Source of the DNA: an uncultured virus (IMG/VR IMGVR_UViG_3300044491_001439)
Lineage: Duplodnaviria > Heunggongvirae > Uroviricota > Caudoviricetes > Kyanoviridae
Length of the DNA: 64,000 nt
Strand: one strand, 5' to 3'
Virus record (IMG/VR): IMGVR_UViG_3300044491_001439
Shown here: one piece after another, positions 34,109-44,900 of the stretch
How positions within the stretch are numbered: position 1 is the first letter of the stretch
Layout of the letters: every line of letters begins with the position of its first letter
The notes under the pieces: model-generated
Told to the model about the DNA's origin: nothing
What the model saw: only the letters and a program-made list of their open reading frames with translations
Databases searched by the model: none
Program-made: the position numbers and the translations under genes

Positions 34109-35506
34109 TCAGTCGAGGCTGACGTTGAGACTTACTTTGATTTGGTCACCGTCGTTTTGGATGCTGTATGGTCCATTGGTGAATCTTTCTGCAAAGAAGA
34201 TTGAGGAATACAACGTTAAATCGCCAGCACCATCAAGAGCGGGTTCAGTAGTGAATGTGTTAGCATCTTCTACTGTATCGATTGTGTATGTTCCTGCAGT
34301 AGTTGCTGCGTTTCCAGTACCCTGATCGATATAGATAACGTCTCCTTTAACGAGACCGTGTGCAGTTGCTGTGACTTCGGAGAAGTCAAAGTCAATATCG
34401 TCGTTGTTGTTTGTTGGCTGAACGTTGTCGATCAGAGCATTGTTTAGATAAACTACAACAGTTCCATCTGCTTCAGTAGTCTCTCTGTCGATACCGATGA
34501 TTACAGTAGCAGCATCGACGCCGTTAGGACCAGCATTACCAGCGTTTGAACTAACAACCATACCTTTTGTTAGGTCTGCAGCAACTTCAGAAAGGAAGTT
34601 AACATCGTTACTAACAGCACCTGAAAGCGCAGTGTCGATATAGACAACCGATCCAGAAATACCAACTACACGAGTTCCACTAGCAACACCAACACCAGTT
34701 ACGCGCTGACCGATTGCAACACCAGTAGTTGCAGTAACGGCAAGTTCAAACGTGCCAGATGTGCCAGTAGCAGCAGTTGTGTTGGTGATAGCAGGTAGGA
34801 CAAAATATGAATCTCCTAACTGACCACGAATACCAGACTTGGTGATTGTGGTAGCAGCAGCACAAGAAGCAGCATCAGCAACACCATGAATGGTGCTAGG
34901 CATGTTATTCGCACGGGCGAGGTAGTAACCGTAAATATCGCCAGCAGCTGCACCGAAAGTAAAAGTTTGCTCTGGATAAGAAGCAGTTGTTCTTCCTGCG
35001 CCAAAAGCAAGTGCTTGAGCAGTGAAAGTACCAGTGTTCTTGACACTCAAGTTAAGAGTCGTACCATCAATGTCAACAACATATGCTCCAGTACCAACAT
35101 CGCCACCAGTTACGTAATCACCTTTCTTGATGCCTGCATTAGAAGCAACGGTAATAAGGTAAGTACCTGTAGTGCCATCGCCATTAACGGTAGTAACAGC
35201 AGTACTTTCTGTAGTAATAGCCCAACGATTTCCGTTTAAAAGGATACCTCTTTGGTCTGAATAATTTTGATCTGTTCTATTATTAATAACCGCAGGATAA
35301 TCAGTTGTTACTGCTTGACCATATCCGATAACATTACCGTCGATATATGGTTCAAAATATCTGGTCTGTGAAGGCGTATCGCTTTCAGCAGGATACGTAT
35401 CTGTTGTGTATAATTTTAAGATTAAATTTCTGGGAATCGCCTGATTAGCATTCAGAAGATTACGCAGAGATTCAATTTCACCACTATTGGTTACTAGCAA
35501 TGCCAT
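34109..35506 (-). CDS. Virion structural protein (465 aa)
   Basis: LILKLY...ASYPEQTFTF...IYGYY...FAERF..GPY.IQNDGDQIKV; Thr/Ala/Gly-rich; GAGG SD. Confidence 0.75.
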   Translation of the reverse strand: MALLVTNSGEIESLRNLLNANQAIPRNLILKLYTTDTYPAESDTPSQTRYFEPYIDGNVIGYGQAVTTDYPAVINNRTDQNYSDQRGILLNGNRWAITTESTAVTTVNGDGTTGTYLITVASNAGIKKGDYVTGGDVGTGAYVVDIDGTTLNLSVKNTGTFTAQALAFGAGRTTASYPEQTFTFGAAAGDIYGYYLARANNMPSTIHGVADAASCAAATTITKSGIRGQLGDSYFVLPAITNTTAATGTSGTFELAVTATTGVAIGQRVTGVGVASGTRVVGISGSVVYIDTALSGAVSNDVNFLSEVAADLTKGMVVSSNAGNAGPNGVDAATVIIGIDRETTEADGTVVVYLNNALIDNVQPTNNNDDIDFDFSEVTATAHGLVKGDVIYIDQGTGNAATTAGTYTIDTVEDANTFTTEPALDGAGDLTLYSSIFFAERFTNGPYSIQNDGDQIKVSLNVSLD

Positions 35507-35544
35507 GAAGACTTTCCTCTACTTTTTTCGTGCGAGTTTATTTT

Positions 35545-35552
35545 TATTTATA
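35545..35552 (-). promoter_or_regulatory. T4-type late promoter TATAAATA
   Basis: Perfect consensus upstream of the 465-aa gene. Confidence 0.7.
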
Positions 35553-35563
35553 ATGATGATGAT

Positions 35564-36283
35564 TTATAATTTCAGTTTCAGTGAAACTACAAACCTTGCG
35601 ATGTTGATCGAGTAGATGACCTCAAACTGGAAAATATCTCCAGCCGTCACTGTAGTGTTCCACGTTGAAAGATTCTCGTCTTTATTCTTTCTTTGAACAC
35701 TATTATTTAGCACACCAAGGGTAGGTCTTTCTGTTCCACATATAGATGTGAAATTAGGAAAGTCATCAAATGTGCATTTTTGAATATCTACTTCCAGATT
35801 ACCTTCAGTATCAGAAATAATAGTCCAGGACTCTACAGTTCCTGTAACGTCAATAGTCATATTACCTTTCACGCCATTTGACAATGGAAATGATCCACTA
35901 TCGATAACATAGTTTAATGTCCTGGTCAAATCAGCGGTTGTTGCATAAGCCACACCAAAGAAAGCAGAACCTCCTGTAGGTGGAGTGCTAAAAACAATCT
36001 GATCATTTGATACAATGTAATCAACCTTTGGTTCTAAAATTACATTATTAATAGAGATTGAAATCTGCTCTTCATTTAATGGTGTGTACGATTGACCATC
36101 TACAGTAATATTAAAAGTATCAGCAGTACCATTAAATTGAGATGCAATACTGTCTAATAGTAAATTAGAATACTGTGTTGACTTTGAAGGAATCTGATAG
36201 TTTACGTCAAGTTGATATTGTGCTGGTAGTTGCTTACCAACATTATATGCATTATTACCAACCCTGACGTTATACTGTGCCAT
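35564..36283 (-). CDS. Virion structural protein (239 aa)
   Basis: LDSIASQFNG...F.IT...ISINNVILEP..DY......IVFSTPP module also seen in gp7. Confidence 0.7.
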   Translation of the reverse strand: MAQYNVRVGNNAYNVGKQLPAQYQLDVNYQIPSKSTQYSNLLLDSIASQFNGTADTFNITVDGQSYTPLNEEQISISINNVILEPKVDYIVSNDQIVFSTPPTGGSAFFGVAYATTADLTRTLNYVIDSGSFPLSNGVKGNMTIDVTGTVESWTIISDTEGNLEVDIQKCTFDDFPNFTSICGTERPTLGVLNNSVQRKNKDENLSTWNTTVTAGDIFQFEVIYSINIARFVVSLKLKL

Positions 36284-36615
36284 CAGGAAACTCCAGGACT
36301 TACTTCTGCATTGCCCATAATTACTCTAGTCTTATATCCATTAGGATCTGTAAGAACAATGTCATATACATATCTTCTTCTATCTAAAGCAGAAGTTTCT
36401 ACGTCAGTTAAAGATAAAGCAATTTCACCAGCAGTTCTATTGACAAATGTCAAGGTGAATGGTACTGAAGTAGTTGCAGAATAACTCTGTTTCATTGCAG
36501 CATTACCTGTATACCCCGACATATTAAGTGGGGTGCCATCTTTATTGGTGATAAAGAAAGTAACTCCGTAGTCTGCTCCTTTATCAATCAGAATGTTGAC
36601 TGGTATCGCTGCCAT
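36283..36615 (-). CDS. Small virion/baseplate-associated protein (110 aa)
   Basis: NILIDKGADY...PLNMSGY...GEIALSLT..ET..L...RYVYDI...RVIMG...VSPGV. Confidence 0.7.
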   Translation of the reverse strand: MAAIPVNILIDKGADYGVTFFITNKDGTPLNMSGYTGNAAMKQSYSATTSVPFTLTFVNRTAGEIALSLTDVETSALDRRRYVYDIVLTDPNGYKTRVIMGNAEVSPGVS

Positions 36616-36775
36616 TTTCCTCTCGTTTATCTAATAGGTCTAATGTTTCTAACCCACCCTCAAGTTTCAACTTATATTCTTTCAATTTGGCGAGTTCTTC
36701 TTCACCTCTTTTGATTTTAAACTCGTAGTCTTTCAGTTGGGTTAAGAATTCCTCTCGCATTTTTGATGTATCCAT
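36584..36775 (-). CDS. Small coiled-coil protein (63 aa)
   Basis: Heptad-like LKEYKLKLEGGLETLDLL; late promoter upstream. Confidence 0.6.
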   Translation of the reverse strand: MDTSKMREEFLTQLKDYEFKIKRGEEELAKLKEYKLKLEGGLETLDLLDKREENGSDTSQHSD

Positions 36776-36797
36776 AGCTAATATATCATGTCAAGGG

Positions 36798-36804
36798 TAT
36801 TTAT
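36798..36804 (-). promoter_or_regulatory. Late promoter ATAAATA
   Basis: Directly after the stop of the 644-aa gene. Confidence 0.5.
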
Positions 36805-38738
36805 CAAGTGTCAGTCATATAGAAAAATGAAACTCTGATTTCACTTTGTCCAGATGATTGTAAAGATCCTGGCCCAAGATTTCCAAAGTTGCCATTGTCT
36901 AGTGTGTACAGTCCAGCATAAAATTGAATAGTATTTTCTCTTATCTCTGTCACTACATGTACAGATGTGTCTGGAAAATCAATCCCGCTATATGCAGCAG
37001 CTCCACCTGTTCCTTGAGGATTTCTAGCAACAAATGGAAGACCAGTAACTAAAAGACCACCGCCTGCTCCACTAGTATCAGTTGCGGTACTACGAAGTCT
37101 GCAAGTTACATAAACAATATTACCAATTCTGGTATACCATCCAGATTGAACATCATAGGTAATATTAGTAATAGATCCTGTGGTAGATCCCCATGTTGGT
37201 GTCCAAGTTCCTTCTTCGTAGTGATCAAGAGCATCGCTAGATGCAGTGCCTGTGGCACTATTAGTTTGACCAGTAAATGTAAGAGTACCTGCTGTAGAGA
37301 TGTCTCCAGTATTAGCAAATAATTTTAGTGGAGGAGAAGTAAAAGCACCAGTTGAATCTAATTCAATGTTCCCTGCACTCTTGGTGTTTGATTGAATAAT
37401 ACCAGCAATCTCAACATCACCATTACCGTAAGCCTTTAGTGCAATGTTTGTACCACTACCAGTTGTGTTAAGAATTTGGAAACAGTCTGTTGTGTATCTA
37501 TCAGTGTAGATATTCAAGGAACCGTTATTACCACCAACTAATACACCATTATTTCCTGTAGAGTTTGAAGCGGCTCCAAAAAGGCCAGCACCTGTTTTTT
37601 CTAGACTGATCTTGTAATCGTCATAACTTACAGGTGAGTCATAAACTCTCAAATAGTCATCACGGAGAGCAACAACAGTAGATCCTGCAGCAGTGCGCTT
37701 TAGAAGATTGCCTTTGACGATAGTTTCTCCATCAAATGTAGCAGAATCAGATGTTACGGTATTAAAGGTAACATCAGAAGTAGTAGCAAGTGCCTGGTCG
37801 GTATCGGATAGATCGGTGGCTGCGATGGTGATATTTGCAGTACCATCAAATGACTGACCGGCAATAGTTCTTGCTGTCTCTAGTGCTGTTGCTGTGTCTG
37901 CGTTACCCGTTACAGGACCAGATAATCCATCGGCAACTAATGTTCCTGTGATTGTTACGCCAGTAGCAGTACACTCTAGTTTCTTTAGAGATTGATAGTA
38001 TAGATTTGCAGCACCATTACTATCACCAATAAAACTAATATACTGTCCTCCAGTACCACCAGAATACAATCCGAGAGTAGTGCGAGCAGAAATGTTCATA
38101 CCACCGCCACTACCAGATCCACTGGTATTGGTAATATAAGCTTCATTACTACTTGCACGTAACTGAAAATAATTTGTAGTTCCAGGAGATGTACCAGCGT
38201 AAATACTTATGTTGGCATTAGGGTTCGTCGAACTACCTAGAACAACATTTCCAGAAGTTGAACATAAAGTTACAAAATCTTGTACGTCCAAATCTCCATT
38301 TAAATCAAGATCTCCTATAACTGATGCACCTGTAAGGTTAGTTTCGAGTTTTTTAACATCGTCGTAGTAAAGTTCTACATTACCACCAGCGTTTGCAATG
38401 ATACTATCTGCCCCAGCAGCAGGTTCGATATGAATTGCAGTTCCTGCACCAGACCTTAAATAAAAATCTCCAGTAGTATTCTCTAACAATCCAACAAGTC
38501 CTGTATGATATAGCAACATATCACTGTCTGCACCAAAGACTGCCTGATCTCCGTCTCCCCAGAAAGCTTGTGCTTGAAACGTTACATCACTTGAAAATGT
38601 TACATCATTTGAAAATGTTTTGCTCCCACCAAATGTTTGTACTCCATCAACAGCGGTATCCAAGTCTACTGCTATTTCATTAACCTCTTGACGCTGTTGT
38701 TCCAGCGTAAAACTATTTGGTACGTTACGTAATGTCAT
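36804..38738 (-). CDS. Tail fibre protein (644 aa)
   Basis: LRNVPNSFTLEQQRQEVNEIA N-terminus; VELYYD..KKLET repeats; ATALETARTIAGQSFDGTANI; LDHYEEGTWTP...GWYTRIGNIVYV...GLPF receptor-binding-type C-terminus. Confidence 0.8.
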   Translation of the reverse strand: MTLRNVPNSFTLEQQRQEVNEIAVDLDTAVDGVQTFGGSKTFSNDVTFSSDVTFQAQAFWGDGDQAVFGADSDMLLYHTGLVGLLENTTGDFYLRSGAGTAIHIEPAAGADSIIANAGGNVELYYDDVKKLETNLTGASVIGDLDLNGDLDVQDFVTLCSTSGNVVLGSSTNPNANISIYAGTSPGTTNYFQLRASSNEAYITNTSGSGSGGGMNISARTTLGLYSGGTGGQYISFIGDSNGAANLYYQSLKKLECTATGVTITGTLVADGLSGPVTGNADTATALETARTIAGQSFDGTANITIAATDLSDTDQALATTSDVTFNTVTSDSATFDGETIVKGNLLKRTAAGSTVVALRDDYLRVYDSPVSYDDYKISLEKTGAGLFGAASNSTGNNGVLVGGNNGSLNIYTDRYTTDCFQILNTTGSGTNIALKAYGNGDVEIAGIIQSNTKSAGNIELDSTGAFTSPPLKLFANTGDISTAGTLTFTGQTNSATGTASSDALDHYEEGTWTPTWGSTTGSITNITYDVQSGWYTRIGNIVYVTCRLRSTATDTSGAGGGLLVTGLPFVARNPQGTGGAAAYSGIDFPDTSVHVVTEIRENTIQFYAGLYTLDNGNFGNLGPGSLQSSGQSEIRVSFFYMTDT

Positions 38739-38929
38739 TTGATTAACTGCTTAAGGAGGGACTTTATTTCGGACATTTCTTCCTTCAAAGTATTTAGTTC
38801 AGAGACTACATTTCGGAACTCATTAGAAAAAGATTTGCGAGAAGATTTAGGAGCAGTTGAAACAATTGCCCCTGTAGTTACATCTCTAACAAATCCATCT
38901 TGACCCTCAACTTTTATATAACGTTGCAT
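38735..38929 (-). CDS. Small coiled-coil protein (64 aa)
   Basis: KVEGQDGFVRDVTTGAIV...ELNTLKEEMSEIKSLLKQL; directly after the DUF4815 gene. Confidence 0.75.
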   Translation of the reverse strand: MQRYIKVEGQDGFVRDVTTGAIVSTAPKSSRKSFSNEFRNVVSELNTLKEEMSEIKSLLKQLIK

Positions 38930-38930
38930 A

Positions 38931-41900
38931 TCAGAATGAAGCTACTGTTCGCAGATCCTGAATCTTGGGGACATATGAAGGGTCGTCGGTTTTCATGACG
39001 ATCTTAATAGCGAAAGAAGAAAATTCTGTTAACTCCTCTTCACTATATCTCAATTCTTGATAAGAAGACTGCTTCTCAAATTGTCCTGAAATACTATTTT
39101 CTGCTGTTGCAATTTCATTAAGTTGATCAGGAGCTCCAGTACCATTAAAATATTCCCAGTTAATATCATCAAAATTCTGCTGGGATGCAGCAGGTTTAAT
39201 CTTATAGAATACTTTAATGTTTTCTATGTCTCTGACATTTACCGTCAAATATGTATTGATAGAAGATGCTGGATTATTAATGAAGATCTCCTTGGTAACA
39301 TACTTTGAAGCACTAGAGGTATTGATAGAACCATTTTCTGCAACGTAGTCAACGCCTTGACTGAATGACATTTTACTAACTTCTGCAAATTTGGAGGTTT
39401 CAAAAGATGATCCGTCGAAGTCAATTAAATCACCTACCCTGAAAATATCAGCAATTTGATCTGATGTTTGACTTTTCCTTGCATAATCACTACCTAAAGT
39501 AATTACGCTAATAAAATCATTATTAATTGGTTGCTTATCATTTTCTACAGTTAGTAGTTTTGTTTTGGAATCCCAAGAGATTACTTTACTGCTAATCTTG
39601 TTCTCATATTTTTCACTTCTAATTGATGGGTTGATAGCATTTACAGTTGCCCCAACAACAAAGTTAGGTACTTGTTCAAAAATACCAGAAGAAGAAATAG
39701 TTATGGTTAAGTTTTCATAATCGCCACCACTTTCAGATTGGGTACTGAAGAACAGAGTTTCGCCAACAGTAAACTGTAAACTATTTTTAATTTTTACATA
39801 AACATCATTATCGACCACACGCAACACTTCAGACTCTGCTCCGGAAGTTTGACCAGTAACATTTTGATTAGTTACTGCCAAAATATCTGCCGCACCGCTT
39901 CCGTCATTGTTACCAGTGATTGTAAATTTGTATATGGGATACATTTTAAGGATTTGATATCTCTTACCAAATCTTTTTTCAGAACCAGAAGCGTTATCAA
40001 CACGGTTAGAAATAGTTTTAACAGATGCTGTACGCAAATCAATAACAGGAGACAGGTGTGATACCTCGGAAGAAAGATTAATTTTATATTGTAAAGAGCT
40101 ATCAATATCATTTACAACTTCATTAATTCTTGAAGTAATCATTTTTTGATTTAGGAAATATTGTTCTTCGTTTAAGAATGTAGTTTCCATATCAGAAACA
40201 TCATAAGAACTGTAGTCTTGTGTAGAAGAATCTACAGGAACTACATTTGTAGTTTTTACAAAACTATCAATTTTCGTATTTGATAATTGTAAGTAAGGAA
40301 TTTGAGCGTAAAGTTTTTCGTACTTTCTATTATAAGAAGCAAGAATAGTATCTCCACCACCAAAACCTGTGTCTGATGCTCTAGAAGGACCTACGATATT
40401 ATAACTATCGATACCGACGTTGGAAACAGTATACAATGATGATTCTATATCAATCTCATTATATCCAGCAAAATCATCTACACCACGGAAGAATACTTTT
40501 GAAATGCCAGAATCTTCAAATCCATGATCTCTATGATAAACTTTGACAATGTTACTATTATTTTTAAACAGTTCAGATGTTGCTGTACTGTTAGCAAGAG
40601 CATAAGTTTCAAATGAATCCGGATCAAGTTTTTCATACCCAAGATCTTCATTCTTGATATTGAGTTCTGCAACTTTGGTTGTATCAAATTCTGCTCTATG
40701 TACAGTAAATTTGACATCTTCAAACAGATCTTCCGTCCAGTTATCTACATTCTGTGATTTGAATACAGAACCAAGTAATGGTTGAGCATTAACAACTAAA
40801 CCAGAAGAAATATCAGTTTCTCCTAAACGAGAAGCCCAAATCTCATATTCAGTATCATCGCATTCGATGTTGATAGCATATTCAGTATTATTTTGTAAAT
40901 ATACTGGATAATCAAATTTAAATGTTGTTGCTATTGTAGACTGGATAGAATCTCCAGTATCAGAAGCAATACCCATTCTTACTGCAGGTTCATTAATAGT
41001 TAGTTTTGATCCAATGACAGCGCCGGTAGCACCATTACCAGAACCTCTAACAACAACTGATGGTGGGTCTGTATATCCTCTACCACCTAAAGCAACTTCT
41101 GCCAAGTAAAGTTGACCGTTATCAACTTTTGCAGAACCTGTAGCAGTGCTTCCACCAGGAAGTTGAGGACTTTCGATAGTAATAGTAGCACCTTCATAAC
41201 CAGAACCGAGGTTAGTAACATCAAGAGATGCAACTCTACCAGAGTCTTTAGCAATCTTTAATCCTACAGTGGCATTATTTGCATTGTTGAACTGGGTAAC
41301 TGATGAGAGAGTAATATCTTCATTAGCAAAGAACGAAGAACCATTATGATTACTCAATACAAATGTGTATACCTGTTCATTTGTAATAGAAATCTCTCCA
41401 TTACTTGATGCGAGTACTTCAAAATTATTTCTATCCAATACTTTTGAAATAGGACCAGAAGCAAGAGATCTTCTACCCGTTACATATTCACCAAGTTTGA
41501 TAGTAATATTTCCAGAAGAATAAACTTTAAGGAAAGTGTCTGGATATAAAGTAACTTGTGACCCAGGAATAATATACTTACTTGGTTTCTCGCTTTCTAC
41601 ATTAGTTAGATACACTCTCAATGGAATAGTAGAACTCTTCTTGGCAAAGAACAAATCTACTGCTGTAGCAAACATACCACCATCAAAGTTTTCTACTTTG
41701 AAAGTTTGTGCTAGAGGATTTGGTCTGGATTTATTTTCTGTATTACTATCAATTAACTGCACACCTTCGTTTGATTTAAAGATCGCTGGAGCAGTTGAAA
41801 TAATAGAAGCAGGATTTTCTGGGAGAACACCGGTTGCATAGAACTTAACTTCAGCATAACTATCTACAAAATCTTTATTGGCATCAGTGGAACTAGAAGT

Positions 41901-44900
41901 AAATCTAATATTCTTGACACCTGTAGAGAAGAATAATTCTTCGGAAGTAGTGTCATACTGCGTTGTATTAACATCGCCAGACCATGAAGTATTCATTCTT
42001 GGTGCATAACCAGCAGGAACTAAAATAATTCCACTAGCATTACCATATTCATCAGTGGTTAAAGTATTATTAAAAGTAGTTAAAGAGTTTCCGGCAACAC
42101 CAGTAAATCTGGAATCGGGATTGACCCAACGACCAATACTTCTTTGATCCATGAATACATAAAGTTGAGTCTTGGGTTTAAGTCTCTTAAGTACAAACTT
42201 AACAGGAATTGATCTTGCGAAGAATCTCAATGCATTTGCAACGTTAGTTCCATTAATTGTTTTATACCCAACACCCTTTGCAATCTCATTATTTTGTGGA
42301 CTTACATTAGAAGTACTTCCTACACTAGCAGAGTTTACCGTAGAATCAGAAATACTACTGTTACTTTCACCAAAACTATTAATGTTAAAGAAAGATTTAT
42401 TAACACCAACCCAGTTAATAACGAATGAATTGTAGATGCTAGAAAATGCTGCTCTAGCATCTTTTTTGCCAAGGAATATGGAAAATAGATTCGTATTATT
42501 TTCTGTTACTAAAGGAGCAACCGTTGTGTTATACCATTGATCAATGTTTGGAATTAATGCCGCATCACCCACATATTGTAGAATTACGAATGGATTCGGA
42601 TTGATAGTTTTAGTTGCAAATGCATTAGAAGCATAAGAAACATTATTATATGGTAGTGTAATGACGCCATTAGAATTTTGATATCCGTCTAGTTGCCTTT
42701 GCTCATCTCTAGTATTAATTTCGATCAAAGAAAAACTATCTTCTTTAGATTGTGGACGCAAAACAGATTGTTGTGGGTCAATAGCACACAAGTAATCTAA
42801 AGACTTGATATTACCAATTTGATGAGTTTCAAAATTGTCAACAACAAAACCACTCTTGGTTTTATCAATACCCAACACATCCTTTACTTGCATGTTAAGA
42901 GCTTGTTGCTCTAGGATACTTAATGTCGTGTAATACTCTAAACGCTCAACACGTTTTTCTAACTTACCAATATCACGCATCGTATATCTACGGTTATCAA
43001 CAGGAATAATTCTTACATCCTTGCTTGATTTGGTAAATGCTGGGACATAAAGATAATAAAGAGGAATACCATCTTCAATAATTTCTGGTTTGGATGGATT
43101 GAGTGAAGCGTTGCCAGTTTTAATTAAAAACTCTCCTTTTTGATTAAGAAATACTCCATCAATTCTATCTAGATATTGAGACTCGCTAAATGACATTGTA
43201 TAAGGAAGAAGTCTACTAGATGAAGGAGTACTAGATACAGAACCTCCATCACCAATAAAACTAATGTAATCTGCTTGAGACAACAACGATGAATCTTGAT
43301 AACCAGCAATAATTGTATTTGAATCTACTTTGGGTCGGAAGTCAATGACATTCTTTAGATTTACAATACCGTATACTGTACTATTGAATGATGGGATATC
43401 ATCAGCGACGACACCTGCCTCATGAATATATGAGTCAACAGTGCAAAAATCTCCTTGCGAATGCTGGAAGTAATCAAACGCAACCACTATTTGACCTGTT
43501 GGTGGACTAAACCCTGGTTTTAATACAATCCTTGATACGTCATAGAATGTTTCTCTCTGACCATCATCAAACGTAAACCGGTTGGTTATATCTGTACCAA
43601 CAACTAAATTACCATTTACGTCTACAGTTGGTGGGGAAGACGCAGAACCTTCGTAAATATATTTGATAGCATAGACATCAGAATAACTAAATGACTCGGT
43701 ACTCTCATCATCGTAGTTAATTCCTCTCAAAGGAATAACTCTATCACCAGGTGCTCTGATAATAATTCTTAAATCTGAAACTGATGTTTTTAACTTTGGT
43801 CTTCCTTTTGATACTTCAATAGTGGCAGTTAATTTAAGTTTAGGGAAGTTAGAAACATTAGATCCAAAGTAGTTGCTTGGAAAATTAATAGTTATACTAC
43901 CAGAAGACAAACCAGAAGTTACATCAGTAGTATTTAAAATATTAACAAATTCTGGTCTCAAGTAAACAATATCACCTGTCTCTACTCTATTAGAATCGCC
44001 TTTATCTAAAATAGTAACAACAAAATCTTTTTCATTAAAATCAACAAATCTTTGAGTACCAAAATCTAACTGTGCTGCAAAAGTAATTTCTCCACCACTA
44101 CTAGACCCAGTGGTTACAAAATCTCTTCTAATATAATATTTAATTTTAGTGTCTTCTGATGTTTTAATTAAACTACTAACTTCTTTACTTCCAGTTGGGA
44201 ATACTAAAGTTGAAGTTGCTGTATTATTAATAATAGGACGCAACCTAACAACCGAAGTTGAAGTTACTTTTTCTGGAAGAGCACCATTTAAATAAATTCT
44301 TGATTTTGTGGTTCCTTGACTATCGGTAGCGTAATCAACAATATATTTGTGAATTACTCCAGTGTCATCACTGAATTGGATTGCATCACCTTGAATAAGA
44401 TATTTTCCAGCACTTGCGCCAAAACCAGTACATTCCAAGAATTTATATCCTTTAGTACCAGAAAAATTAAATTCAGTTACTGCTGTTGAACTGGAATATA
44501 TAGGATCGACAGTTTCTATATCTGCTGTAAATACATTTCCAGAACCATAAACAGAATATAAAGACTTTACATTATTTGCAGAATAGTTAAGAACAGTGTT
44601 CTTAAACAATACTGGTAATACCTTTGCTTGAATAGTAAAAGATCCGGTAAAGTCAACTACTGGAGGTGCCACATAGTCTAAAGAAACTGCATCTCTATTT
44701 AAAATTTGTACCTTATATAAAGTTCCTCCACTAACACCAACGCTAATATCGGATGACTGATAAGATCCAACAAATACATCTGATGGTTCGTATTGAACAC
44801 CATCAATAGAAATTTTTGCAGTGTTTTCGTATCCAGTTCCTTGTCTGGTTACAATAAAATGTGAAATAGTATTCTCTTTGGCGATTCTTAAAATACCACC